Below are positions 10,024 to 19,739 of a stretch of 64,000 nt of DNA, one piece after another. Positions within the stretch are counted from its first letter, which is position 1. The number at the start of each line of letters is the position of its first letter. The notes under the pieces are model-generated. The model saw only the letters and a list, made by a program, of their open reading frames with translations. It was not told the origin of the DNA and searched no databases. A program made the translations under genes and the position numbers. Source of the DNA: Promethearchaeota archaeon (lineage in GTDB: Archaea > Asgardarchaeota > Lokiarchaeia > Sigyniarchaeales > SOKP01); the NCBI GenBank assembly GCA_019058365.1, contig JAHPZE010000014.1, positions 32,001 through 96,000 of the forward strand, given 5' to 3'.

Positions 10024-10283
10024 TTTTCTTACCTATTTCTTCTACATAATATAAAATAGAATATTTGGGATTCATTTTCTATCCTTAACACACTTTCTAA
10101 AAGTAGTTTTCTCATTCTTACGAAAATGGCTAAAATGGATATAAAACTAGTTATAAAATATTTATTTTTATTTCCGTATATGTAGGAATTTTCTCCATTT
10201 TGGGATTTGTTTTAATGAATCTTTATTATAAAAAGTTTTATTATATATATTTGTAAGTCATTCTTTGCTAAATATTTTAAAAA

Positions 10284-11015
10284 TTATGAATGGAATAGTT
10301 CAGATCTACAATAGTTCAGCCCTTCAAATAACTGATTGGGACGTAATTTTTTTAAATCTTGAATAGAGAGCCAACGCAAATTACCTTCAAACTCAATTTT
10401 ATCAGCTGGAAAAACCTCCTCATTGGGATTAAAATTATATGTAGCATTTATAGTTGTTGATGTAAGAAATGTAACAGAAATTTTATTCCATCCTACTAGA
10501 ATTGCTTTAAGTAAGGCATCAGATTCAAGAGGTAAATGAATTTCCTCACATATTTCACGCATAAGAGCTTCTTTAGGTGCTTTTTCTAAATCCTCATATT
10601 CTAACATACCCCCGACATTTACTATGGCTCCGGGATAATAGATTTGAGATAATGAACGCTTACCTACTAAAATATATTCCTTATTAGGAGAAAAAATTAG
10701 GCATTGAGTCCCTAACATTCCTATTCCTTTCTTCAGGGGAATTCTATTTTTAACCATAAAAATTACTGTAGAAAACTTGATTAGATCAACATCTAAATAC
10801 ATATACTTTTCTTTAATTTGAAAATTATCTAAAAATAATAAGTTTCCATCATAATCCTTAGGAAATTTTTTTATGTGTTTATTCCAATTCACTTCGATCT
10901 TAGATTTATATTTATTTGGTAATTGAAATTCTTTAAGAGATTTATTTCTCCACTTAATTCGATCTAATGGGAATTTTCCTTCCCAAATTGCCTTTAAATT
11001 TTTGTAATCTTCCAC
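10284..11015 (-). CDS. NUDIX hydrolase
   Basis: GGMLE...ALMREICEEI Nudix box. Confidence 0.8.
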   Translation of the reverse strand: MEDYKNLKAIWEGKFPLDRIKWRNKSLKEFQLPNKYKSKIEVNWNKHIKKFPKDYDGNLLFLDNFQIKEKYMYLDVDLIKFSTVIFMVKNRIPLKKGIGMLGTQCLIFSPNKEYILVGKRSLSQIYYPGAIVNVGGMLEYEDLEKAPKEALMREICEEIHLPLESDALLKAILVGWNKISVTFLTSTTINATYNFNPNEEVFPADKIEFEGNLRWLSIQDLKKLRPNQLFEGLNYCRSELFHS

Positions 11016-11038
11016 ATTATTAATAAAAACGTTAAAAT

Positions 11039-11410
11039 CTATTCTTGAATTTTAATATTTTTTACATTAGCTTTTTTACCTTCAGTTATTTCTGTATTAT
11101 TGCTTCCACAGTGAGAACATTTAAATAATTGAAGTCCTGTCAGTTCAGCTTCTCGAGTTATCGACACTTCTGAGGTTTTATTACAATCTCTACATTTTAC
11201 TTTGCCAGGAGTTATTTTAATTGTCAATTTCGCTCCTTCTGCTATTGATCCTTTAGTAGCCATTTCAAAAGATCGTTTAAGCAGCTCAGGAACAATAAGT
11301 GTTAACTCCCCAATTTCAAGTAATACTTCAGTTATTTTTTTAGCTTTATATTTTAGTGCTGTAGCCTCAGCTACTTTAAAAATATCATAAGCAAAAGCAA
11401 ATTCATGCAT
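11039..11410 (-). CDS. hypA: Hydrogenase nickel metallochaperone HypA
   Basis: MHE N-terminus (ATG at 11410), IGELT, CRDC...CSHC. Confidence 0.93.
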   Translation of the reverse strand: MHEFAFAYDIFKVAEATALKYKAKKITEVLLEIGELTLIVPELLKRSFEMATKGSIAEGAKLTIKITPGKVKCRDCNKTSEVSITREAELTGLQLFKCSHCGSNNTEITEGKKANVKNIKIQE

Positions 11411-11420
11411 AATTGATAAA

Positions 11421-11717
11421 TTAAGTATTTGAATGTGATTTTCTAATTTCTTTAGCCACTTCAATTAGTACTTTAGCTTTTTTCTTCCCTTTTGCATCTA
11501 TTAATACTCTACCAGGATCGTCCCACCACGTCTTAGAATATCTATAATTTCTCTCAATTTCAGCATTATACCCCAAATTTCGAGCAGCATTCTGAATCTC
11601 CTCTAAATTAATTTTTTCAATTGCATATTTTTTAGGTAGTCGTCTTCCATTACTTCGACTTCGCTTTGCGTCAAAATATTGCGGCCAAAATATCAAAAAA
11701 GGTTTCCTTGACCTCAT
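11421..11717 (-). CDS. srp19: Signal recognition particle protein SRP19
   Basis: IFWPQYFDAKRSRSNGRRLPK ... PGRVLID. Likely start ATG 11717. Confidence 0.93.
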   Translation of the reverse strand: MRSRKPFLIFWPQYFDAKRSRSNGRRLPKKYAIEKINLEEIQNAARNLGYNAEIERNYRYSKTWWDDPGRVLIDAKGKKKAKVLIEVAKEIRKSHSNT

Positions 11718-11906
11718 AAGTTTACCAATTAAAAAAGTTTTCAAATAGAAATAATAAGAATAAAAACTCTTTAGATAATTTAAAAATTATTAGCATATCT
11801 AATAATGATAATTAAAATTAAATAGAACTTAAGATTTTTAATTATGCAAAACTTAATCAAGAAGCAACACCATTAAAACTTTGAAAATTATGCCTCTTTT
11901 CATTAT

Positions 11907-12009
11907 GGGAGGGTAGTCTAGCTTGGTATGATACATTAGCTTGATTTTTTAAGCAAAGTTAAATCGGCTGGGGGCCGAGTGGTCGGGGGTTCAATTCCCC
12001 CCTCTCCCA
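11907..12009 (+). tRNA. tRNA-Pro(GGG) with 29-nt intron at position 27/28 (intron 11935-11963)
   Basis: Acceptor stem GGGAGGG/CTCTCCC-A. Anticodon arm CTCGG-CTGGGGG-CCGAG after removing ATTAGCTTGATTTTTTAAGCAAAGTTAAA. T-arm GGGGG-TTCAATT-CCCCC. Followed by a T-run; CCA not encoded. Confidence 0.92.
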
Positions 12010-12101
12010 TTTTTGAAATTTTGGCAAAATTAAATATATTAAATAAGAAAGGAAAAATCTAAAAAAAATGCTAAATTTAAATAAATAAAATTCAAGATTA
12101 G

Positions 12102-12317
12102 GTGGTTAATATTACCATTAAAGAAGAAATAGAGAACAAAAAGCCGTTTGGTTCTAATTTAGATTGTATTTTAGTAATAATATTATCATTTATTGTCATG
12201 TTCGAATTATCTAGTTTCTTATTCATTGATATCCCATTTTTAGATATATTAAAATGGATAATTGTTATTATAATTCTAATTATTTTAATTGTTCGAGCTT
12301 CAGATAAGAAAGTGTAA
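12102..12317 (+). CDS. Small 2-TM membrane protein
   Basis: ORF with two hydrophobic segments, GTG start. Confidence 0.5.
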   Translation: MVNITIKEEIENKKPFGSNLDCILVIILSFIVMFELSSFLFIDIPFLDILKWIIVIIILIILIVRASDKKV

Positions 12318-12546
12318 TGTATTGCTATACAATTAGAAAAAAGCCTTAAAGAGAATTATTATTAAACAACTCTAAATTTCTTATTAGATTGAGATTTTCA
12401 ATAAAATTATACTAATTTTGAATCAAAATTTTTTTCTCATTTTCCCTCCTATTAATAAAGTCTTAATAATTTTGTTAAAATTTATAAATTGGTCTAATCT
12501 ATTTTTTGATAGAAAAGCATATAAAAAAAATAGTAGTGAATTAAAA

Positions 12547-12849
12547 ATGATATGGAGCAAATTGGAAGCATCAGACAAAGCTATGTGCGCTGTGGCATTA
12601 ATTGGGGGAATTGTTGCGTTAATAGAAACTCTATTACATATGATTGGATTTCTGGAGTTTTGGAATTTTGGCATAATCACTAAGGTTATTGCGCTCGTAC
12701 TCGCACTTATTACTATATTATTTGGAGTAAAACCGATAGAATATACTCCTGCTATTCTAGTAGTTATAGGACTATTATTAATTATATTTGCAAGTTGGAT
12801 TGGTGGAATAATAGTACTTCTTGCGGCAGCTATTGGGATTATTACTTAA
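12547..12849 (+). CDS. Small multi-TM membrane protein
   Basis: Hydrophobic ORF. Likely start ATG 12547 (MIWSKLE). Confidence 0.7.
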   Translation: MIWSKLEASDKAMCAVALIGGIVALIETLLHMIGFLEFWNFGIITKVIALVLALITILFGVKPIEYTPAILVVIGLLLIIFASWIGGIIVLLAAAIGIIT

Positions 12850-12877
12850 TATTTAATTAATTTTTTCTTAAATTTTT

Positions 12878-13750
12878 ATGAAATTGCGAACATTAGGTAG
12901 AACAGGTCTAAAAGTTAGTGAAATTGGTTTAGGAACTGAATATTTATTTAGGCAACCTAAGCAAACAGTTAGTTCAGTGATCTCTGAAGCCATTAAGAAT
13001 GGAATTAATTATTTTGATATTGTTTTTAATGTATCTAATTACATTGAAAATATTAGTACTGCGATTAAGAATTGTAAAGATGATATAATCCTTACTTGTC
13101 ATTTAGGATCAATAGAACAAGACGGAAAAGTTCGAAGATCCCGTAATAGTAAAGAATGTGAACAGACAATTATCAATACAATTGAAAAATTTGGAAAAGG
13201 GAATATTGATATTGTTAATTTACAGTTTGTTAAAGAAAATGAATATGAATCATTAATAGCACCAGGAGGATTATTGGACCTAGCCAAAAAATTAAAGACA
13301 GATGGAAAAGCTAAATTTATAGGATTAAGCACTCATAATATCTCAATAGGTCAAAAAGCAGTTAAGAGCGGTAATTTTGATATAATAATGAATCAAATTA
13401 ATATTGTAAATGATAGCATGCCAGGGAGAGAAGATTTTTTAAAAACTTGTAAGAAAGAAGGTGTAGGTCTTGTAGCTATTAAACCTTTTGCTGGAGGAAA
13501 ATTATTACAAAAAAATCGAACTGTTAATATAGCAAAATATCAATCTGGAGGAATAAATTTAAAAAAAAAGATTCCTAAGGATAGTACTCCAATTAAATGC
13601 TTAAATTATACCCTTTCTCAAACAGCCGTCTCAACTACTATACCCGGAGTAAAAAATGTTCAAGAATTAAAGGAAACTCTTGCCTTTTTAAATGCTTCAG
13701 ATGAAGAAAAGGACTTTTCAATCTTAATAAAGGAATTTAAAAATAACTAA
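12878..13750 (+). CDS. Aldo/keto reductase
   Basis: RTLGRTGLKVSEIGLG, GINYFD, IGLSTH, AIKPFAGG. Confidence 0.9.
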   Translation: MKLRTLGRTGLKVSEIGLGTEYLFRQPKQTVSSVISEAIKNGINYFDIVFNVSNYIENISTAIKNCKDDIILTCHLGSIEQDGKVRRSRNSKECEQTIINTIEKFGKGNIDIVNLQFVKENEYESLIAPGGLLDLAKKLKTDGKAKFIGLSTHNISIGQKAVKSGNFDIIMNQINIVNDSMPGREDFLKTCKKEGVGLVAIKPFAGGKLLQKNRTVNIAKYQSGGINLKKKIPKDSTPIKCLNYTLSQTAVSTTIPGVKNVQELKETLAFLNASDEEKDFSILIKEFKNN

Positions 13751-14601
13751 GATAAAGCAACAGCTAATATTAAAGCACCATAAATTTCAGAGTAGTTGCC
13801 AACTCTAGATGTATCAATAATCGTAGGGTCTATACCCATATAAATAGCCCCATATGCTTTACCTCCACCTAAATGAACCAATGTACGATAAATTAAATTT
13901 CCAGAAATACCATTAGGAGCTATAACTAAATTGGATTTTTTTTCAATAGCTTTTTCTATCAATATTTCATCGTGAGATATCATAATATTTGGATATTTTT
14001 CACTTATAAATTCTACAATTTTCTCTGCTTCCTGTATTGTTTGGTCAACCTTGACATCTCTTCCAATATCACCTATTCTGCCTCCGCTTAAAATACTTAT
14101 TTTAGGAGTGATATTAAGTTTATCTAATTCTTTTATAGCGGTTTCCATAAAGATAATTTTTTTTTCTAAGTTATTACATTCATCAATACCGACTGGACCG
14201 TAAAAGAATTGATAGCCATTAAAAGTTTCCAGTAATGCTAATCTATTAATCTCTTCGCGCTTTAAATAGATTTTGATATTTTTTATGAACTTGCTCGAAC
14301 TTAGAGAACCTCTTATAATGGTTTGAAGAGACTTGTTTTTTAAAAATTCAAAAATAGAATTTTCAGGATCCTGACTTTCAATAAATTTCACTCTTGAATT
14401 TTTAATTAAATCTGGAGTTTGTCCAAGAAGCTTATTTGAATTTTCTTTTGTACCAAAAAAAAAAACTTGTGAATTATACTCTTGTAAAAAATCTAAGCAT
14501 ACCTTTAAGATTTTTTGGTTATGATATTCAGAAACCCCTAATCCTATGCCAATAATACTACTTTTTTTTTTTGCTTCTGCTTCAAATTTTTTTAATATCA
14601 T
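13747..14601 (-). CDS. mtxX: MtxX / methanogenesis marker protein 4 family (phosphotransacetylase-like fold)
   Basis: IRGSLSS, RLALLE, GPVGIDE, LSGGR..D.GR, APNGISGNLIYRTL, IDTSR. Confidence 0.85.
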   Translation of the reverse strand: MILKKFEAEAKKKSSIIGIGLGVSEYHNQKILKVCLDFLQEYNSQVFFFGTKENSNKLLGQTPDLIKNSRVKFIESQDPENSIFEFLKNKSLQTIIRGSLSSSKFIKNIKIYLKREEINRLALLETFNGYQFFYGPVGIDECNNLEKKIIFMETAIKELDKLNITPKISILSGGRIGDIGRDVKVDQTIQEAEKIVEFISEKYPNIMISHDEILIEKAIEKKSNLVIAPNGISGNLIYRTLVHLGGGKAYGAIYMGIDPTIIDTSRVGNYSEIYGALILAVALS

Positions 14602-14620
14602 ATTTAGGTAAGAATATCAT

Positions 14621-15757
14621 TTAAAATATATTATAAAAATTGAAAGCTAAAATTATAGTTAGTGCATCATATACACCATGAGTTATAACAACTGCTAATA
14701 AATTTTCATTTCTCCAATAATATATAGCACCTAATAAAAGGGAGATAGCAAAATAAGGAATAAAAGATAACAGAAAGGAAATTAGTAGGACTAATGGAGC
14801 ATTTAACACCATCAAAACTACGCCTGTTACATGAATCATAGCAAAAATAAATGCTGTAACTATAATCCCCCATTTATCACCTAGACTCCGCATTAACCCT
14901 TTTTGCATAAACCCTCTAAACAATATTTCCTCAGATGTTCCAATTATTAAAATCATCACAATAGATAAGAGAATTAAACTAAGAACGTCAGCAGAAAGAA
15001 TGATAGATTCAACATCACCAGTACCACTCCCAAGATCACTTACTATTTCGATTCCAAAGATTGTTTCGAGAGCAATCTCGGTTAAAAAAGAAACTATTCC
15101 AACTAATAAAACCCCGATTATAGCAAATCCTAATCCTATTAAGATCTCTTTTAATACTCCTTTTTTTTCAATTCCCCGTGTAGTAAATCCTAATAGTCCT
15201 AATCTATTTTTTAAACTGGGATTTTCAAGATATTTAGCAACATATATGACCGGAACTAAAATAAATATTAATTCAAAGAAGGAACTAAATATTAAGAAGT
15301 ATGGATTTAAGAGGATATCATATAATAATTCCAAATTAAAAGAAGCATAAATAATTAAAATAATTATTCCTGCTGTTAAGAAATTCATTAAAAGAAATGC
15401 ACCTAATGGTACTCCAATAGAAGCTGCAGTTCCCCATAATTCATGATTTTTCGTATCAATTATTTCATCATCCGGAATTTTCTTAGGTCCATAAATAATT
15501 GGAGGAGTGTAAAGTTGGGGATATTTTGATGGTATTATATAAGGATTAATTACTTCTTCTTGTTGTAAAATTCTATGTTCCTTAAGGTACTCAAGATTAG
15601 TTCCACACCCCATACAGAATTTAAGTTTATTAATTTTTGGAATTTCTTTCCCACAAACGGGGCAAAATGACCAACTAGTATCATTTAATGCTGTTCCATC
15701 TTTAGATATCATTGTTTCTTGTTTATTATGAAGATCTTGAACTTCTTTCTCGTCCAT
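14621..15757 (-). CDS. CPBP/Abi intramembrane metalloprotease with N-terminal double zinc ribbon
   Basis: CPVC...CMGC, then EEILFRG, FAMIH and HGVYD motifs. Confidence 0.9.
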   Translation of the reverse strand: MDEKEVQDLHNKQETMISKDGTALNDTSWSFCPVCGKEIPKINKLKFCMGCGTNLEYLKEHRILQQEEVINPYIIPSKYPQLYTPPIIYGPKKIPDDEIIDTKNHELWGTAASIGVPLGAFLLMNFLTAGIIILIIYASFNLELLYDILLNPYFLIFSSFFELIFILVPVIYVAKYLENPSLKNRLGLLGFTTRGIEKKGVLKEILIGLGFAIIGVLLVGIVSFLTEIALETIFGIEIVSDLGSGTGDVESIILSADVLSLILLSIVMILIIGTSEEILFRGFMQKGLMRSLGDKWGIIVTAFIFAMIHVTGVVLMVLNAPLVLLISFLLSFIPYFAISLLLGAIYYWRNENLLAVVITHGVYDALTIILAFNFYNIF

Positions 15758-15842
15758 GATTAAACTACAAAAAGAATTTAAATTACTAAAAGCTTTACAT
15801 TTCTTATTAGAATTTTGTGAAAAAAATTTATGGATTAAGTTT

Positions 15843-17759
15843 TTAAATTTGACTTCTTATATGCTTAAAAATCATGTTAATTTCAATATCATTGTGGTAC
15901 ATATCAGGATTTATCAATTGATAGTAATTGTATTTAACAGGTTCTTCACCTTTCTCAACTAATAATTCTAGCTTTAGTGAGGGCATCCAAAATGTTTTAT
16001 TGATATGCTGGTATTCAGCCATAACCATATAAAGAAAGTTCCCTACTTTTTTCGGGATAATTTTAGTTTTGATTTTTGTCATTTCATTAGCTTTTAACCT
16101 TTTAATGCTAGTAAATTCTAATTTGGATTCAAACGAATCAGACATAAAAAAATAGATCTTTATATCCTTGATTTCAGTCAAGTTAGGATTCTCGACCATA
16201 ATCGTGATAATTTCTGGATGATTTAGCTTTAGTTTTTTATTGTGTATTTTGATATCTATGAAAATAGGGTATGGTAAGATTTTTTCATTTAAATCAAAAC
16301 TTAAATTAATGAGTTTTTGAAGATTGGGTTTTAAATTTAATATAAATTGATTTTTTTGTTCTTCTAAAGAAAGAACTTGTTTACTCCTCGATTCTTCAAA
16401 ACCTTGAAGCACACGATTAATATACTTTAAGATGTATTTATCAAATTCTGAATGTTTAACAGATATAAAAGAAATTAATTTCTTGTAATATTCTGATTCA
16501 AGATTTTGAGGTAAAGGTTTCTCGAAAATATCCTTGATAAAATTTTTTAAAAGCTCATCTAAATGGATTAAGTCTTTATGTTCAATTTCAAATTTCTCCA
16601 AAATTTTCCCATTAAATTTGTCATCTTGTAAAAATTCACTTAATAAATTTAGCACTTCAATAGCTTCAGAGTTATAGGCGTTAAAAGCCTTTGTTATCAT
16701 AGCTTCTAATAAGTTATTTAATTTTGTAATATTTTTGTTCTTATAATTAATGAATTCTGCTCGGTAAGATTCTAAATATTTAATTAATTTACCAGAATGT
16801 AATTTTAATAGGCTTCTCTGATATTTTTGATATCTTTCCGATACATTTTTTATCCAATTACCAACACTATTTATTTTCTCAAGATTTTCTTCATTGTTGA
16901 ATATTATATTTTCTTCTAAAGTATCTGTAGATAACAGTGGACAATCAATTTTTACTTTTTCCAATACTACACTTGTATTACGCTCCAATTGATATATTTT
17001 TTCTATTTGTGTGTACAAATTGAATTTCTGAAAATCATCTGCTTTGATTTTAATTAATTTCTCAAGTAAATCTTCTAACTTATCAGAATAATATTTAGGA
17101 TTTCTATTTAGAATCCCTCTTAATATTGCAGCAAATTCAGAAAGAATTATGTAGATATCTTTTTTAACATAGATTTTAGTTCTGTTATTTTCTAGGTTTA
17201 TGATATTACAAAAATTTACTACATTCTGATAATTTTTCTCAGCAAATTGATAGTAATTGGCACATTTTTCAAAATATAATGAATTTTTTGCCAAATAACT
17301 ATAATATAATCCTAATAATGATTTATTAATAATATATGAAAGTTCTCTGAGTTCTTCATACTTTCTTTTGGTTTTATTATCTTTTATATAGGCTATTAAA
17401 AATTCCTCAACAATTATCTCAAAATTGCCTGCAGAACGAATTGAATTGATTAATTTTAAAGGATTAATTTCTATATCATCTAGTTTAGTAATAATGAAAT
17501 GCCTATATTCATTAAAATCAGAATTAAGACTATAAAAATAAGAATCAATTAAAGATTTTCTTCTCTCAAGTTCCGAATTTTTGACTTTTTTTTCAGTTTT
17601 AAATGATGTAAGGTTTAGAATTTCAGTTAAATAATATTTGAGAGAATATAATGACTCCATATATAATGTTCTTGCCCCACAATAAGGACACTGAGCTGCA
17701 GATCCCTTTATAATGGGTAAACCACACCCACATTTCTTGCAAGGCATAAAGGATATCAT
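15843..17759 (-). CDS. Hypothetical protein: zinc ribbon + long helical region + C-terminal Ig-like domain
   Basis: CKKCG...CPYCG, about 470 helical residues, and an ITIMVENP...IIPKKVG beta-sandwich pattern. Confidence 0.7.
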   Translation of the reverse strand: MISFMPCKKCGCGLPIIKGSAAQCPYCGARTLYMESLYSLKYYLTEILNLTSFKTEKKVKNSELERRKSLIDSYFYSLNSDFNEYRHFIITKLDDIEINPLKLINSIRSAGNFEIIVEEFLIAYIKDNKTKRKYEELRELSYIINKSLLGLYYSYLAKNSLYFEKCANYYQFAEKNYQNVVNFCNIINLENNRTKIYVKKDIYIILSEFAAILRGILNRNPKYYSDKLEDLLEKLIKIKADDFQKFNLYTQIEKIYQLERNTSVVLEKVKIDCPLLSTDTLEENIIFNNEENLEKINSVGNWIKNVSERYQKYQRSLLKLHSGKLIKYLESYRAEFINYKNKNITKLNNLLEAMITKAFNAYNSEAIEVLNLLSEFLQDDKFNGKILEKFEIEHKDLIHLDELLKNFIKDIFEKPLPQNLESEYYKKLISFISVKHSEFDKYILKYINRVLQGFEESRSKQVLSLEEQKNQFILNLKPNLQKLINLSFDLNEKILPYPIFIDIKIHNKKLKLNHPEIITIMVENPNLTEIKDIKIYFFMSDSFESKLEFTSIKRLKANEMTKIKTKIIPKKVGNFLYMVMAEYQHINKTFWMPSLKLELLVEKGEEPVKYNYYQLINPDMYHNDIEINMIFKHIRSQI

Positions 17760-17953
17760 AGAAATAAGTGTTCTCTCAAATTTTATATTTTAAATATTCT
17801 TTCATATTACAAATTACTACTCGATTATTAAAATTTTATCCTTTAAGTCTATTAAATCATAATATTTTGATGTGTTTTATGACGTGTAATATTTAATCAT
17901 ATTACTTAATAATTGAATAAATTCTTCTTTAATATTCTTTAAAAAATATATAT

Positions 17954-19726
17954 TTAATGAGTAAAATAACAGAAAAGATGGTTGTTTTCAAGATTTATGG
18001 GATTGACGAATCCATAACGTTCGAATTGAATCGTTTTATTCATCGGTATTTTTAAAAGATTTATTTCTCCATTCCCTTTTGATAGTGTTCCATCTGGTTT
18101 TAAGATTGAGACCCTTACATTTTCATCTTTAGGTACCCATTGAATAATTGGAAAATCTCGATCCAACTCCTTACTATAATAGGAAGCACCTATTTTTTTA
18201 TTATTCAAATCAATAGACTCAATCTTGATATTCATTAAATCTTTTAACCGAATCATTTGATCCTTTTGTAGGTTTTTTCCATCCATAAAAGCAATTAAAA
18301 GGTTCAGTTGATTGTTTATTGATATGCATTTTATTTTCCTTTTTCCTTTTTTAGGCGTTGTTGGATGTACGAGAGGTTCAGCAATGTATAACTTGTCAGG
18401 AATATTATCAATTGTAATTGAAAAGGGATTTTCAACATAAAAAAAACGGTCAGAGATTGCGTCTATTATATCTTGATTTTTTGAATATAACCAATTTACA
18501 GAAAATGTTATTCCTGATTGAGACATACCAAGTTCTAGTAATGTTTCTCTTAACGCTTCCGGTCTTATTCCACGCTTTTTGAGAGATTGTAAACTCCATG
18601 TCCTTGGATCTTCCCATCCTTCATAAATTCCATTTTGAATATTATTTCTTGATTCGGTTTTGCTTAATTTCATATCAGCGAAATTGAGTCTTCCATAATA
18701 TAATAACTCCGCTTTTTTCCAACCAAAATGGTCCCAAATAAATTCTTCAATAATACCTTCTTTAACTAAATCTATACCTCTTAATATATGAGACGCACTT
18801 ATTAAATAATCATCAATTGCCCAAGAATACTCTAGCATTGGCCATACTATATATTTATTACCCACTCTTGGATGTTCTGCCTCTGAAATTCTCATAATAA
18901 TTTGGTCTCTTAAAGCTGGATCTTTTTGATCCATTCCTGTTTTTAGTCTTACTACAGCTTGACCTTCATGATATTCCTTGTTAAGCATAGCGTTCCATAG
19001 CTCTAAATTCTTTTCTTTTGATTGATTCCTATGTGGACAATCATTTTTGTTTTTCTTATAATTTTCCCTAAATTCATCAGCGGAGCAAAAACAAACATAA
19101 GCCATATTATCTTTAATGAGTTTTTCACAGTATTCATAAAAAATTTCTAATCGATCGCTTTTATAATAAATATTGCTATAATTTACTCCTAACCAATCCA
19201 ATCCTTCCTTAATTAAATTATAGGCTTCTGGTAATACGTATTTAGCCTTAGGGCTTTCCCGTAAAGATTTTGGACTTCCGATGGTATCATCATAAAATAA
19301 AATAAGTTCACCATTATATCTTTTAACGTATTCATCATTTAGTACAATCATTCTTGCGTTCCCAACATGTAGCGCCCCACTTGGATAAGGAGCTAAACGC
19401 ATTATTACTTTTTTAAACTTCGAGATGTTTGGTAGTTCTGGTAATTCCTTATCTTCCTCTATTTTTTCTTTTTTATCCAACGCGTGAGGATCTAACTGAA
19501 ATAATTTTTCTTTCTGTTCCTTTATATTTAGATTTGAGATTTCAGAAATGATACTATCCAATATAGGAATAATTGATTTCGCTTGAGAGCGCATATCGGG
19601 TCTTGTGGCCATAAGTTTTCCCATTATAGCTTTTTTATCTGGCTTACCATTAAATTTAACTGCGTTCTTCAAACCACTTAACCATAGAATCTTTCTTATT
19701 TCTTCATCTTTCATTAGTATCTTCAT
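17954..19726 (-). CDS. gltX: Glutamate--tRNA ligase (archaeal type)
   Basis: RLAPYPSGALHVGNAR, LSKT, GWEDPRTWSL, QFERYGF. Confidence 0.96.
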   Translation of the reverse strand: MKILMKDEEIRKILWLSGLKNAVKFNGKPDKKAIMGKLMATRPDMRSQAKSIIPILDSIISEISNLNIKEQKEKLFQLDPHALDKKEKIEEDKELPELPNISKFKKVIMRLAPYPSGALHVGNARMIVLNDEYVKRYNGELILFYDDTIGSPKSLRESPKAKYVLPEAYNLIKEGLDWLGVNYSNIYYKSDRLEIFYEYCEKLIKDNMAYVCFCSADEFRENYKKNKNDCPHRNQSKEKNLELWNAMLNKEYHEGQAVVRLKTGMDQKDPALRDQIIMRISEAEHPRVGNKYIVWPMLEYSWAIDDYLISASHILRGIDLVKEGIIEEFIWDHFGWKKAELLYYGRLNFADMKLSKTESRNNIQNGIYEGWEDPRTWSLQSLKKRGIRPEALRETLLELGMSQSGITFSVNWLYSKNQDIIDAISDRFFYVENPFSITIDNIPDKLYIAEPLVHPTTPKKGKRKIKCISINNQLNLLIAFMDGKNLQKDQMIRLKDLMNIKIESIDLNNKKIGASYYSKELDRDFPIIQWVPKDENVRVSILKPDGTLSKGNGEINLLKIPMNKTIQFERYGFVNPINLENNHLFCYFTH

Positions 19727-19739
19727 CTTATCAATTTTT

